DNA from: Candidatus Atabeyarchaeum deiterrae
Lineage (GTDB): Archaea; Asgardarchaeota; Atabeyarchaeia; Atabeyarchaeales; Atabeyarchaeaceae
NCBI GenBank assembly: GCA_037310415.1
Contig: CP147780.1
Coordinates: 1,472,001-1,536,000, forward strand
Direction of reading: 5' to 3'
DNA length: 64,000 nt
Within the stretch, counting starts at the first letter, position 1; every line of letters starts with the position of its first letter. Position numbers and translations under genes: made by a program. The notes below the pieces were generated by a model. It did not search any database. It was not told the origin of the DNA and saw only the letters and a program-made list of their open reading frames with translations. This document shows, piece by piece, positions 10,553 to 20,077 of the stretch.

Positions 10553-11701
10553 GTGACAGAACACGTTGAGTTAATAGACAAGCATGTGGAATCGCTAAGT
10601 AAGCGCATCTCAAGCATTGCGTCACCCGTCAGGGTTGCGATAATGCCTGACTTCTTCTTAGACCATATCGTAACATATGATGGTTCATTCAAGTCTCTTC
10701 AAGAGCGGATGGAAGAGGTTGCAAACCAAGGTGGAGGCAATATTCCGCTCACTACACAGTGTGTTATGAGAGGCGGAAACTCCGTGAACTGTGTATCCGC
10801 TTTGGCGGCATTAGATGCTAATGTGTTTTTTGTAGGTCGTACGAGTGACCTCGGATTGCAGCTTCTGAAGTATTTTCTAAATCGTGAGAACGTTGACCTC
10901 TCTGGCGTGAAGACAGACGGGGAGCTTGCCTTGACTGTAGCTTTGGAAGCTAAGGTGCATGGGCGCAAGTCGAACGTCATGTTGAACTATCCAGGCTCCG
11001 TTAAGGATTTTGGACCTGATTCAATCACAAGCGAAGACTGGGAGAAGATATTGAAGGCAGACATGGTTTGTTGCTTCAACTGGCTACAAAACAAGATGGG
11101 CACCAAACTCGCGGAGTCCGTGTTTAGAAAGGTCAAAGCCGAAGGCGCAGGTAAGACATATTTCGATACATGCGACCCGTCATCCAGAAAAGATGAGATC
11201 GGCAAGGTCATGAGCGGAGTCCTAAAGAAACCTTTTGTCGACATCTTCGGAATGAATGAAAGCGAAGCATGCTGGTATGCAGGATTCTTCGACAAATCAT
11301 TAGATAAACGCAGAAAGACCGAAGATTTGAAGAAGCTCGCACTTGAGGCCGCACTACTTCTGTACAACAAACTCAAAATCCGGATAGATCTGCACACAAT
11401 GGACTACTCAGCCAGCTTCTCTCAAGGAAACAGGTATGTAGCTCCAAGCTTCGAAGTCGAAGCAAAACGTGTGACCGGAGCCGGAGATGCCTGGAATGCA
11501 GGAAATATATTCGGCGAACTTGTAGGAATGCCTCACATCGAGCGCCTGCTCTTCGCAAATGCCTCAGCAGCGTACTACATTCAAAGCGAGGACGGCAAGC
11601 ACGCAACAAGAAAGGACTTGGTTACCTTCATGCAAGAGGCGAAACCTGAGACAATGGGTATTACCAACATCGTGGAAGGCGAAGAGATAAAGGAGGAATA
11701 G
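10553..11701 (+). CDS. PfkB/ribokinase-family carbohydrate kinase
   Basis: GGNSVN N-terminal motif, MNESEA and VTGAGDAWNAG anion-hole motif. Confidence 0.85.
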   Translation: MTEHVELIDKHVESLSKRISSIASPVRVAIMPDFFLDHIVTYDGSFKSLQERMEEVANQGGGNIPLTTQCVMRGGNSVNCVSALAALDANVFFVGRTSDLGLQLLKYFLNRENVDLSGVKTDGELALTVALEAKVHGRKSNVMLNYPGSVKDFGPDSITSEDWEKILKADMVCCFNWLQNKMGTKLAESVFRKVKAEGAGKTYFDTCDPSSRKDEIGKVMSGVLKKPFVDIFGMNESEACWYAGFFDKSLDKRRKTEDLKKLALEAALLLYNKLKIRIDLHTMDYSASFSQGNRYVAPSFEVEAKRVTGAGDAWNAGNIFGELVGMPHIERLLFANASAAYYIQSEDGKHATRKDLVTFMQEAKPETMGITNIVEGEEIKEE

Positions 11702-11899
11702 GTCGGCAGTTCAGTCAAGACAGTTCGTGACATTAATCTTGATACCGGAATGATCGTCACTCACAAACTCGAACGATGGCACTAGTTCGAGACATTAAGA
11801 GGTTCTGAGTCACGGCAAATTGGGGCCAATCACATCATGTACTTGGGGAGAGAACAAGTAAGAGTGAGAGACCAGCGATCGACTGTGAATGAATCGTTT

Positions 11900-13381
11900 C
11901 TATTCAATGTCAAGTATCTCCTTTACCAGTTTCTCCTTTTCTTCGAGATTCGCTTGTTTCGCAATCATGATCCTCTGTGCCTGAGGTGACCCCGCTCCGT
12001 GCAGAGATTCAGTTTTATAACTGAGAGAGGCGGTGCCCATGGAGATGTTCTCAAGGAATCTTAGGAGTTTGTAACGATTTTCTGGAGGCACATCATCGCA
12101 AGTTGAAAGGTACTTCTTCACTAGTGGTCCAATCTTTGGGTTATCGAAGTCTGCTTGTGAAGGCATTGTGCAGATGATGCCTCCGGCTAGGTCTTCTGCC
12201 AATCGCCCAATCTCGTAAGGGAATCTTGTGACGTTCTGTTTGTTAACATTTGCGAGTAACATGTCCATTTCATAGTTTCCTGCTTCCCGCTTAAAGCCTT
12301 TGACACTGCAGGCCAAACTACAGCTGAAGAGTGTCTCGTTGAGATGAACCATTTCGACAAGCTTGTCTTTAATGTGCGAGGCTTCTTCTACCCCATTGTA
12401 TCTTGCACTTAGGGCTGCTGCACCTATTAGAACATCCCCGACGCCAGTCTTGCAGGCATATGACTGTCTGTGGAAACCCGCAAATCGATTTACTAGTTCA
12501 CCCGTGAATTCAAATTCGCCTTGCATGAAGATCTGTTCTCTGGGAATAAACACATCGTCAAAGACAACGAATATCTCTTGCCCACCATATTTCCAGTTGC
12601 CTGCGTCTAACTTGTCTTCCTCCATTTTCCGAGTATCGGATGTCTGCCTGCCGTAGATCATGGTTATCCCTTTTTCATTTGTGTCCACTCCGAAACTCAC
12701 CGCATATCTTTCTTCTCCGGGTTTCATGGCTATCGTGGGCATCACGATTGCTCGGTGAGAATTCAAGAAACCAGTTTGGTGTATTTTGGCGCCGCGCACC
12801 ACGATTCCATCATCGCTTGAGTCGACGACGTGTAGATATGCATCTGGATCTGTCTGCTTGCTGGGCCTTTTGCTTCTATCCCCCTTCGTATCAGTCATCG
12901 ATCCAGCGACGAATAAATCCTGCGTCTGCACCTCAGTCCAGTATCTTCTGAATCTTTCATGGTAGCGGGAATCATATTTCTTGTCGATTTCCCAAGTTAT
13001 GCTGTAAAGGGCGTTTGCTGCATCGAAACCGACACATCGTTGAAAGCAACAGGCGGTCTTCTGTCCCACTAGTCGTTGCATTTCAACTTTCTTGACTAGG
13101 TCGTCCACTGATTGATGAATATGATTGAACCTGTTTATTGTCTCACCTGTCATGTGAGATTCAGTTGTCATCAGATTCCTATAGCGATCCATCTGAGCGA
13201 GTTCATAGGTTTTCTTCGCGGCATTAATGGATGGCTCTATGATCCTGTAGTATGGGTGTTTCCAAAACTGAGTGATCTTTTCCCCAAACATGTACAGATT
13301 AACTTCTCTCCGAATGCTCTCCAAGTATTGTTGAGGCGTTTTGAGCGGCATATTCAACCACCAAGCTGAATTTATCTGCAT
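11900..13381 (-). CDS. abfD: 4-hydroxybutyryl-CoA dehydratase / vinylacetyl-CoA isomerase (likely start 13351)
   Basis: GQKTACCFQRCVGFDA ([4Fe-4S] Cys pair), MTDTKGDRS, VRGAKIHQTG, FHRQSYACKTG (His/Cys ligands) and ESLHGAGSPQAQRIMI. Confidence 0.9.
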   Translation of the reverse strand: MQINSAWWLNMPLKTPQQYLESIRREVNLYMFGEKITQFWKHPYYRIIEPSINAAKKTYELAQMDRYRNLMTTESHMTGETINRFNHIHQSVDDLVKKVEMQRLVGQKTACCFQRCVGFDAANALYSITWEIDKKYDSRYHERFRRYWTEVQTQDLFVAGSMTDTKGDRSKRPSKQTDPDAYLHVVDSSDDGIVVRGAKIHQTGFLNSHRAIVMPTIAMKPGEERYAVSFGVDTNEKGITMIYGRQTSDTRKMEEDKLDAGNWKYGGQEIFVVFDDVFIPREQIFMQGEFEFTGELVNRFAGFHRQSYACKTGVGDVLIGAAALSARYNGVEEASHIKDKLVEMVHLNETLFSCSLACSVKGFKREAGNYEMDMLLANVNKQNVTRFPYEIGRLAEDLAGGIICTMPSQADFDNPKIGPLVKKYLSTCDDVPPENRYKLLRFLENISMGTASLSYKTESLHGAGSPQAQRIMIAKQANLEEKEKLVKEILDIE

Positions 13382-13388
13382 TGTAGGG

Positions 13389-13410
13389 GACCAATAATGT
13401 TTTATTGGTC
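13389..13410. promoter_or_regulatory. perfect 9-4-9 palindrome upstream of abfD, candidate operator
   Basis: GACCAATAA-TGTT-TTATTGGTC. Confidence 0.5.
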
Positions 13411-13416
13411 ATCTAG

Positions 13417-14639
13417 CAAGAAGACCACCCCACTTGTAGGGTGGATGAATTGCGTTGGGAATAAGATGGTTTAGTTAAATGTGGGTGATGCTTAGTTGTT
13501 AAGCATGTTCAGAACTATTAAGGTTGCTCTCCCCGGTGACCCTGCTCTGGTTGAGACAGCGCTCGTATTCAACAAGGCTTGCCAAATAGTTCTGAACTAC
13601 GGCTCTCAACACAGAACCTACAACAAGAACGCCTTGAATAAGGCAACGTACCGCCAAGTGCGGGAAGCCTTGCCGAGACTGTCCTCTGCACTCGTTCAGA
13701 CTGCAAGAGATGAAGCCTCAGAAGTGCTGAAGAGAACAGACTGCGCCGCCTCAGTCAAGAAGCGCCTATCCGTTCGCTACGACAACCGCACCTTCAAGTT
13801 CTACCCCGACTCAGACAAGGTGTCGCTGACTACTGTCAGCGGTCGCCTGAGCTTTCCCTTCAAACACTATGACTACTTGGACACTTGGAGAGGAGAGTAC
13901 ACAAGCGCGCAGCTACTCGTCCGATGCGGCAGAGTATTCCTCAACGTTCAGGTGAAGATGCCGGACGTGAAAGAGAATGCGGCTGGCAAGGTTTTAGGCA
14001 TCGACAGAGGCATACTCAGGATTGCAGTCTGCTCGGACAACACCTTCTATGCTTCCGGGAATTTGAGGGCTGTGAAGGGGCGCTACCAGCACCTTGGGCG
14101 GAGGCTTCAGCGCGTAGGCACTCGCTCCGCCCGCCGTAAGCTGCGGAGGCTCTCGGGGCGAGAGAGACGGTTTGCGCTGAACACTAACCACTGTATATCC
14201 AAAGCCATAGTGAATAAGAAGGGGTTTGACGTATTCGCCCTGGAAAACCTCCGTATCAAGAGAAGGAAGATGAATGGGAGACGGTTTAACAGGTTGTTGG
14301 GCTCCTGGTCGCCTAATGAGTTGCGTCGCCTCCTAGTCTACAAGGCGGAGGCAAAAGGAAAGATTGTTGTTGAGGTTAACCCTCGACATACTTCTCAGCG
14401 TTGTTCGCGTTGCGGCTATGTCAGCAAGTTGAATAGGCGTGGGTTGGATTTTCACTGCGTCGTCTGCGGCTTCGCGTTGAATGCGGATTTGAACGCGGCG
14501 CGGAACATCGGGGCACTTGGCAAGTCTGAGTACCTCAGGCTCTTCGTCAACGAGCCAATAGTAGCGCTAGGTGAAGCCTCGCCTGTGGGCGTGGTGGACG
14601 GCAGCTGCAAGCCACCTAACTTGTTAGGTGGCAGTTGAC
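13417..14639 (+). mobile_element. IS200/IS605-family, tnpB-only (IS1341-like) element
   Basis: Left hairpin CCACCCCAC-TT-GTAGGGTGG (13425-13444); right hairpin GCCACCTAAC-TT-GTTAGGTGGC (14611-14632) followed by TGAC end. CTAG lies immediately 5' of the left end; no tnpA. Confidence 0.88.
13496..14638 (+). CDS. tnpB: RNA-guided endonuclease TnpB
   Basis: RuvC D (GIDRG), E (ALENL) and D (NADLNAARNI) all intact; Zn finger CSRC...CVVC; HTSQRC. Confidence 0.95.
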   Translation: MLSMFRTIKVALPGDPALVETALVFNKACQIVLNYGSQHRTYNKNALNKATYRQVREALPRLSSALVQTARDEASEVLKRTDCAASVKKRLSVRYDNRTFKFYPDSDKVSLTTVSGRLSFPFKHYDYLDTWRGEYTSAQLLVRCGRVFLNVQVKMPDVKENAAGKVLGIDRGILRIAVCSDNTFYASGNLRAVKGRYQHLGRRLQRVGTRSARRKLRRLSGRERRFALNTNHCISKAIVNKKGFDVFALENLRIKRRKMNGRRFNRLLGSWSPNELRRLLVYKAEAKGKIVVEVNPRHTSQRCSRCGYVSKLNRRGLDFHCVVCGFALNADLNAARNIGALGKSEYLRLFVNEPIVALGEASPVGVVDGSCKPPNLLGGS

Positions 14640-14717
14640 TAAGTCTCGCTTGCGCTCCACTGTAAACTAATCTTAGAGAAACAAGGCAGAAAAAAGACAT
14701 CTGGTCAACTTTTGTTC

Positions 14718-15569
14718 CTAGGCTTTGGTCACTAATGCGCTAGCGAACGCTATCGCTGAAACGTACTCGTCTATCGGTCCAACCCGCGAGGTGTCTACAA
14801 CGGGTTTTGGCAGTCCAAGGAAGGGAGCTCCGCATGATCCTCCTGCTCCAAGGTGGATCAAGGTGCGATAGATCAGGTTTCCAGAAATCCCATCGGGAGC
14901 GATTATCAGGTTGGCTTTATCGGCGATTGCATTCTCGATTAGTATTTCGTAGTGTTTGATGTCTGTATCACCGATTTCACGTTTAGCTTCCTTCACTACG
15001 TTCTCAGCTTCCTTGATAGTGTTGTCAACCCTCTTGTCACGACCGACGTCACTTGTTCTTCCACCAGACAGCACAGCCACCTTCGGCACATTTCCCAACG
15101 ACTGGATTAGCTTTACTCCCTCACTTATGAAATAGACTTTCTCTTTCACAGTTCTCCCTTCATCTATTCCAATAGGGGCGAAAAAGAACCTATGACTACC
15201 AGAGGTTTCCAGTAGTGCTAGACGTGCTAAGAATGAGAGCCTGAATTTGGATTTCAGCGCAGCCAGCATTTTGTTCGCATCGAGAGACCCCCGCACTATT
15301 CCGTTTACCTCTCCATCAAGGAGTTTGATCAGATCGGTTTCGGGATCTTCGCTGACAATGGATACGAGGGATGTATCAACAGCCCCTATCTCTTCGAACG
15401 TTTCACTTGTTGCAACTATCAATATGCGTTTCGCGTAGCCATTCCATTGAGCTCGCATGGCCGAATCCACAGTCTTCTTGGCATGGTCAACGAGGCCTGA
15501 GACACCAATCCCTATGATTCCTGGCACTTTCTGGGCCATCTTGAAAATGTTCTCTAGCATATTTACCAC
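14718..15569 (-). CDS. MtxX / methanogenesis marker protein 4 family (phosphotransacylase-like fold)
   Basis: IVRGSL, RLALLET, FFFAPIGIDEG, LSGGR..DVGR, APDGISGNLIYRTL and VDTSR. Confidence 0.82.
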   Translation of the reverse strand: MVNMLENIFKMAQKVPGIIGIGVSGLVDHAKKTVDSAMRAQWNGYAKRILIVATSETFEEIGAVDTSLVSIVSEDPETDLIKLLDGEVNGIVRGSLDANKMLAALKSKFRLSFLARLALLETSGSHRFFFAPIGIDEGRTVKEKVYFISEGVKLIQSLGNVPKVAVLSGGRTSDVGRDKRVDNTIKEAENVVKEAKREIGDTDIKHYEILIENAIADKANLIIAPDGISGNLIYRTLIHLGAGGSCGAPFLGLPKPVVDTSRVGPIDEYVSAIAFASALVTKA

Positions 15570-15808
15570 TTCCGAAGATTCGAAATCTGGGCGATCATTG
15601 TAGGAAGTTCATGAGTGACGACCGCATTTTCTGTTCTCAGATATCTCCTTATGAGATTACCTGACTTTTCTCACCAATTCCGTTAATGTTTTCTACAAAC
15701 ACGCTTAAAAACTATAAGCCAACTCTTAAATGTCAGGACACTTAGTTAGGAATACGCGTAGTCCCTCCACCTTAGTAATGGATCAACGTGGAATAGGTGA
15801 CTTAAGGC

Positions 15809-17017
15809 ATGACTACTAATAATAGAGACCCAGTGTCTTTTCTCCGACAAGAGTACCAGGCTCTTGTTGACCAAGAACTGGATTGGAGACTTCGAATTCT
15901 TGAAGGTCCAAGTTCAACAAGGTGTATCGTCGACGGCAAGAAGGTGCTAATGTTATGTTCAAACAATTATCTCTCTCTTAGCACACATCCAAAGTTGAAG
16001 GAAGCCGCCATAAGGGCCATTCGAACTTATGGAGTAGGATCTGGCTCAGTTAGGCCCATAGCAGGCAACATGGATCTACACGTTGAACTTGAGAAAAGGC
16101 TCGCTGCATTCAAACAGGCTGAGGCGTCGCTCGTTTACACGAGTGGCTTCACAGCCAACTCCGGTCTGATACCCCAACTTGTCGGTAAGGAAGACCTCAT
16201 TATAAGTGATGAGCTGAACCACGGTAGCATCATCGACGGGGTAAGACTCTCAACTGCTGAAAGAGCAATCTATAGACACAGAGACGTCTCAGACCTTGAG
16301 AGAGTACTCGGAGAGGCAGAGAAACATACGCCCACCTATAGGAGAATCCTCATCATAACTGACGGCGTTTTCTCGATGGACGGGGACATAGCGCCCCTCG
16401 ACGGGATCGCAAAGGCAGCTGAAGAACACGGCGCAATGGTGTACGTCGACGATGCACATGGAGAAGCGGTCCTAGGTGAGGGCGGACGAGGCATAGTCTC
16501 ACACTTTCATCTTGATCATAGAAGAGTTCACGTTGAGATGGGAACATTCTCAAAGGCCTTTGGGGTCCTTGGAGGACACGTGAACGGAAGTAGGGATCTC
16601 ATCAACTTTGCATACAACAAATCAAGAACTTGGCTCCTTACAGGATCGCATCCCCCTCCTGTTGCGGCAGCATGCATAGCAGCAATAGATGTGTTAGAGA
16701 AAGAGCCTGGACACGTTAAGACGCTTTGGGATAACACGAACTACTTCAAGAGTGCGTTGAACAGCTTTGGCTTCAACACGGGTGGAAGCCAAACGCCAAT
16801 AACGCCTGCGATCATAGGTGAGAACACGAAAGCGAAACAGTTTAGTAAGATGCTTTTCGAAGAAGGCGTATTTGCCTTGCCAATAATATACCCGATGGTA
16901 CCGAAGGGAACTGCTAGAATCAGAACAATAATGAACTCGGCCCTATCGAAGAAAGACTTGGACGAAGCGCTGGCGGCATTCGAAAAAGTGGGAAAAGCAC
17001 TCCATGTGATATTGTAG
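15809..17017 (+). CDS. kbl: glycine C-acetyltransferase (2-amino-3-ketobutyrate CoA ligase), PLP class II
   Basis: CSNNYL, SDELNHGSIIDG, DGVFSMDGD, DDAHG, GTFSKAFG (PLP Lys) and PKGTARIR; adjacent to threonine dehydrogenase. Confidence 0.88.
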   Translation: MTTNNRDPVSFLRQEYQALVDQELDWRLRILEGPSSTRCIVDGKKVLMLCSNNYLSLSTHPKLKEAAIRAIRTYGVGSGSVRPIAGNMDLHVELEKRLAAFKQAEASLVYTSGFTANSGLIPQLVGKEDLIISDELNHGSIIDGVRLSTAERAIYRHRDVSDLERVLGEAEKHTPTYRRILIITDGVFSMDGDIAPLDGIAKAAEEHGAMVYVDDAHGEAVLGEGGRGIVSHFHLDHRRVHVEMGTFSKAFGVLGGHVNGSRDLINFAYNKSRTWLLTGSHPPPVAAACIAAIDVLEKEPGHVKTLWDNTNYFKSALNSFGFNTGGSQTPITPAIIGENTKAKQFSKMLFEEGVFALPIIYPMVPKGTARIRTIMNSALSKKDLDEALAAFEKVGKALHVIL

Positions 17018-17193
17018 TTGAAACCAGAAAGCTCTCCAATTGATAAGTTACTTGCCATAACTCTCCTCCACTTTTCTTGAAAGAAGCATTGGACGGCGGT
17101 TGAACGCCTCTGCCTCCACTCGCGAGAACCAAGCAGCCTCCTCAACTTCCGTAGATTCTGGAGACTCCCTCGGGGTTTCCCAGAGGGGGAGAA

Positions 17194-18138
17194 TCACTTG
17201 AGTTTTTTGCCCAGCTTCTTGATCATGTCTTTCGTCATGGTTGCGAGATTATAACTTGGACTCCAATCCCACTCTTCTCGTGCCAGGGAATCATTAATAG
17301 ACCTTGGCCAAGAATCCGCGATTTCTTGCCGGAAGTCTGGCTTATACTCAATCCTGAACTCCGGGATTTGTTTTCTGATTTCTGCAGCAAGATCTCCAGC
17401 CGCGAAGCTCATTCCTGCGACATTGAAGACACGATGCTTCAATTTCGAACCATCGGCCTCTGTAAGATCAATGAAGGCCTTTATGCAGTCAGGCATATAC
17501 ATCATTGGAAGCATTGTCCTTTCTTCAACGAAGCAAGTATACCTCTTCTGCTTGATTGCTTCATAGAATATCTCCACAGCGTAATCCGTCGTTCCGCCTC
17601 CTGGCGGTGTCTCACTGCTGATTATTCCTGGCAGTCGCATTGAACGAGTGTCAAGACCGTATTTCTTGAAGTAGTATTCCACTAGCAATTCGCCAGCAAC
17701 CTTGGTAATCCCATACATTGTAGTAGGTCGCAAAATAGTGTCATCAGGTGTGTCTTCTCGCGGAGTTGATGGACCAAAAACAGCAATCGAGCTTGGCCAG
17801 ATAATTCGTTCAATTCCATATTTCCTTCCAACTTCTAGCACGTTCAACAAGCTGTTCATGTTGGTATTCCAAGCTGTCTGTGGCATTTTCTCCCCAGTCG
17901 CTGATAGAATTGAAGCCATGTGATAGATTGTACCTATTTCCTTTTCACAGACAACTTTTGTAAGTGCTTCTGAGTCCAGAGCATCCAAGTAAAGGAACAA
18001 ATCCGTTTCGCGTAAAACTGGAGGAGGCTTTATGTCAGTTGCAATGACATTCTCATTTCCATATTTCTCTCTCAGTGCTGGAACGAGTTCACTACCGATC
18101 TGGCCATACGAGCCTGTTACAAGAATCCTTCTCATCAT
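17194..18138 (-). CDS. tdh: L-threonine 3-dehydrogenase (SDR/epimerase type)
   Basis: GSYGQIG, LSATGE, PSSIAVFG, YGITK, PPGGGTTDYAV, LPMMYMPD and IADSWP. Confidence 0.9.
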   Translation of the reverse strand: MMRRILVTGSYGQIGSELVPALREKYGNENVIATDIKPPPVLRETDLFLYLDALDSEALTKVVCEKEIGTIYHMASILSATGEKMPQTAWNTNMNSLLNVLEVGRKYGIERIIWPSSIAVFGPSTPREDTPDDTILRPTTMYGITKVAGELLVEYYFKKYGLDTRSMRLPGIISSETPPGGGTTDYAVEIFYEAIKQKRYTCFVEERTMLPMMYMPDCIKAFIDLTEADGSKLKHRVFNVAGMSFAAGDLAAEIRKQIPEFRIEYKPDFRQEIADSWPRSINDSLAREEWDWSPSYNLATMTKDMIKKLGKKLK

Positions 18139-18518
18139 TATCCCGAACCTGTTAGTTTTGGTATTTGCCTCTCATCAGATTTCCTAAATCGCGATCAACC
18201 TGAAGCAACGTGTTGGACTTGGCGGAGCGCTCATATGGATCATTGTGGTGATTGGTCTGCTTGCAACGTTTTCGGAAATGTCGCGGAGTAGTTTGTTGAC
18301 CGTTTCGGACTCAACTCTTCGCTCATTCGACTCTCTTTTGCTGACAGTGCTTTTTTGAAGCGTTCAAGGATGATGTCAATCCAGTGAATTGACTTTGTAT
18401 TTTAGTTTTTCTCTACAAGCGGTCATATGCTCGATCGAATGGCTCTTCTTGTGGTCATCGATCCTAGATCCGATTGTGACTCTTCACTGCAAACAATCCT
18501 TATAACGGATCATAAATC

Positions 18519-19115
18519 ATGGTCACGATCATGACAAACAAGAAGCTACCTCCAGATCAGCAGGAAGTAGATGGCATACTCCGGTGGAATATAGACCACC
18601 CTGGAATCATACCAGAGAACCCAAAGATAGACCTAGAAAAGTGGGTCTTGACTGTCGACGGAGAAATAGAGGGACCAGCAAAGCTAACCTGGCAGGAATT
18701 CGTAATGGTTCCCTCAAGCGAATCCAAGAGCGACTTCCACTGCGTAGAGGGGTGGAGTGTCATGGACTGCAAATGGCACGGAGTCAAATTCACAACGTTG
18801 GTGCAAATTGTGAAGCCTAAAAAAGGAGCAGAATCTGTCTTCTTCAAGTGCTCTGATGGGTACACCACGTCTTTAGATCTCAAGGATCTTCTCCGAGATA
18901 ATGTCATTCTAGCATACAAGCTCAATGGCGAGAATCTTGACGAGTCACTTGGCGGTCCGCTTCGACTAATAGTTCCAGATAAATACGCGTATAAGAGTGC
19001 GATGTGGATCGAGCGCATAACGTTCATGAAGAAGAAAGAGCTAGGATACTGGGAGAAACGAGGCTACAGCGACACTTCTGATGTTTGGAAAAATGACCGT
19101 CGCGCAAGATGGTAA
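18519..19115 (+). CDS. molybdopterin-dependent oxidoreductase (sulfite oxidase-like, YuiH-type)
   Basis: DFHCVEGWS, WHGV, GGPLRLIVPDKYAYKSAMW and GYWEKRGY. Confidence 0.88.
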   Translation: MVTIMTNKKLPPDQQEVDGILRWNIDHPGIIPENPKIDLEKWVLTVDGEIEGPAKLTWQEFVMVPSSESKSDFHCVEGWSVMDCKWHGVKFTTLVQIVKPKKGAESVFFKCSDGYTTSLDLKDLLRDNVILAYKLNGENLDESLGGPLRLIVPDKYAYKSAMWIERITFMKKKELGYWEKRGYSDTSDVWKNDRRARW

Positions 19116-19230
19116 ATTCGCGAGCCGTTTCGAAATATCCTCCTTTTCTCGATACAATCTTTCCCACTAGGCACCTGCGAGAAGAGAGCTTTATATTAAT
19201 GGTAGCGTCAAAAATCCATAACTGAGGAGG

Positions 19231-19812
19231 CTGGATAGATCGAGCAAAATCTCAGAGAGTGAAGCTGCCGAGGCGATTGTCGGCACGGTTGAATGGTTCA
19301 GAGCAATCCCTGGGGTCTCCCTTTTTATCATCTTTCTCGCTTGGGTCTATTTCTTTGACTATTGGTTTGTGGCGAACGCGGCAGGCACGTTTGTGGTCGC
19401 AAATGGTTACGAACTGTTGGCCGGGATCTGCAGAGTCAATACGACAGGCCGGGTCTACACGACCTACTTGGGTCACAATATCTTCTGGATGATCTCCGTT
19501 TTTATCGGATTACTATTAATGACAGTTACTGTGGTAAATGCATTGCGATCGTCTAATACAACATTAAATGCAAGAAGAATTGCGCGACAGTACATCATTC
19601 TAGGGATATTAGTGACAATCGGAACCATAGTTGCGACCGTCGAAATCAACTCTCTACCTGCTACCTTTGTGATAATGGTGAATTCCACTCCTTTTTCAGT
19701 ATCTGGCGGAGTGGGATTTGCTCCATCTGCCGTGATGGCAGTTGGAATAGTAGGGATGGTTCTTGGATTCATGCTGCTTCAATCGGCGAGGGAAAACATC
19801 AAAACAGACTGA
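19231..19812 (+). CDS. hypothetical multi-pass membrane protein (start uncertain: CTG 19231 or GTG 19369)
   Basis: The frame stays open from 19222 and encodes an extra TM helix (PGVSLFIIFLAWVYFF) upstream of the called GTG; GAGGAGG at 19224-19230. Confidence 0.55.
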   Translation: MDRSSKISESEAAEAIVGTVEWFRAIPGVSLFIIFLAWVYFFDYWFVANAAGTFVVANGYELLAGICRVNTTGRVYTTYLGHNIFWMISVFIGLLLMTVTVVNALRSSNTTLNARRIARQYIILGILVTIGTIVATVEINSLPATFVIMVNSTPFSVSGGVGFAPSAVMAVGIVGMVLGFMLLQSARENIKTD

Positions 19813-20077
19813 TGTCAAGTAAGTCCGCATTTGTGATGGTCGCAAATCTGGGAAATGCCAAGTCAGGCATTTGTCGTAACAATTATAAGAGTCCTCAAAC
19901 TATTTTCGCTGTCTGAGGCATCGGTGAAGTAGCCCAGCACTTGACGCTCCTCGTTATGGATCATCGGGACTAGTTAGGCACTTCTCGTTCTGGTCTATGT
20001 TTTGCTGATGCTTAAATACAACTAGCGCAATACCAGAGAAATGGTTCTGAAAGCGACACATCGAGCGAAGAATAACG

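Noticed and set aside
17160-17197. Hairpin TCCCTCGGG-GTTT-CCCAGAGGGGGA followed by TCAC, resembling an IS605 right end
   Set aside because: The foot sequence does not satisfy the guide/cleavage rule, TCA is simply the tdh stop codon and there is no left end. More likely a terminator between convergent genes.
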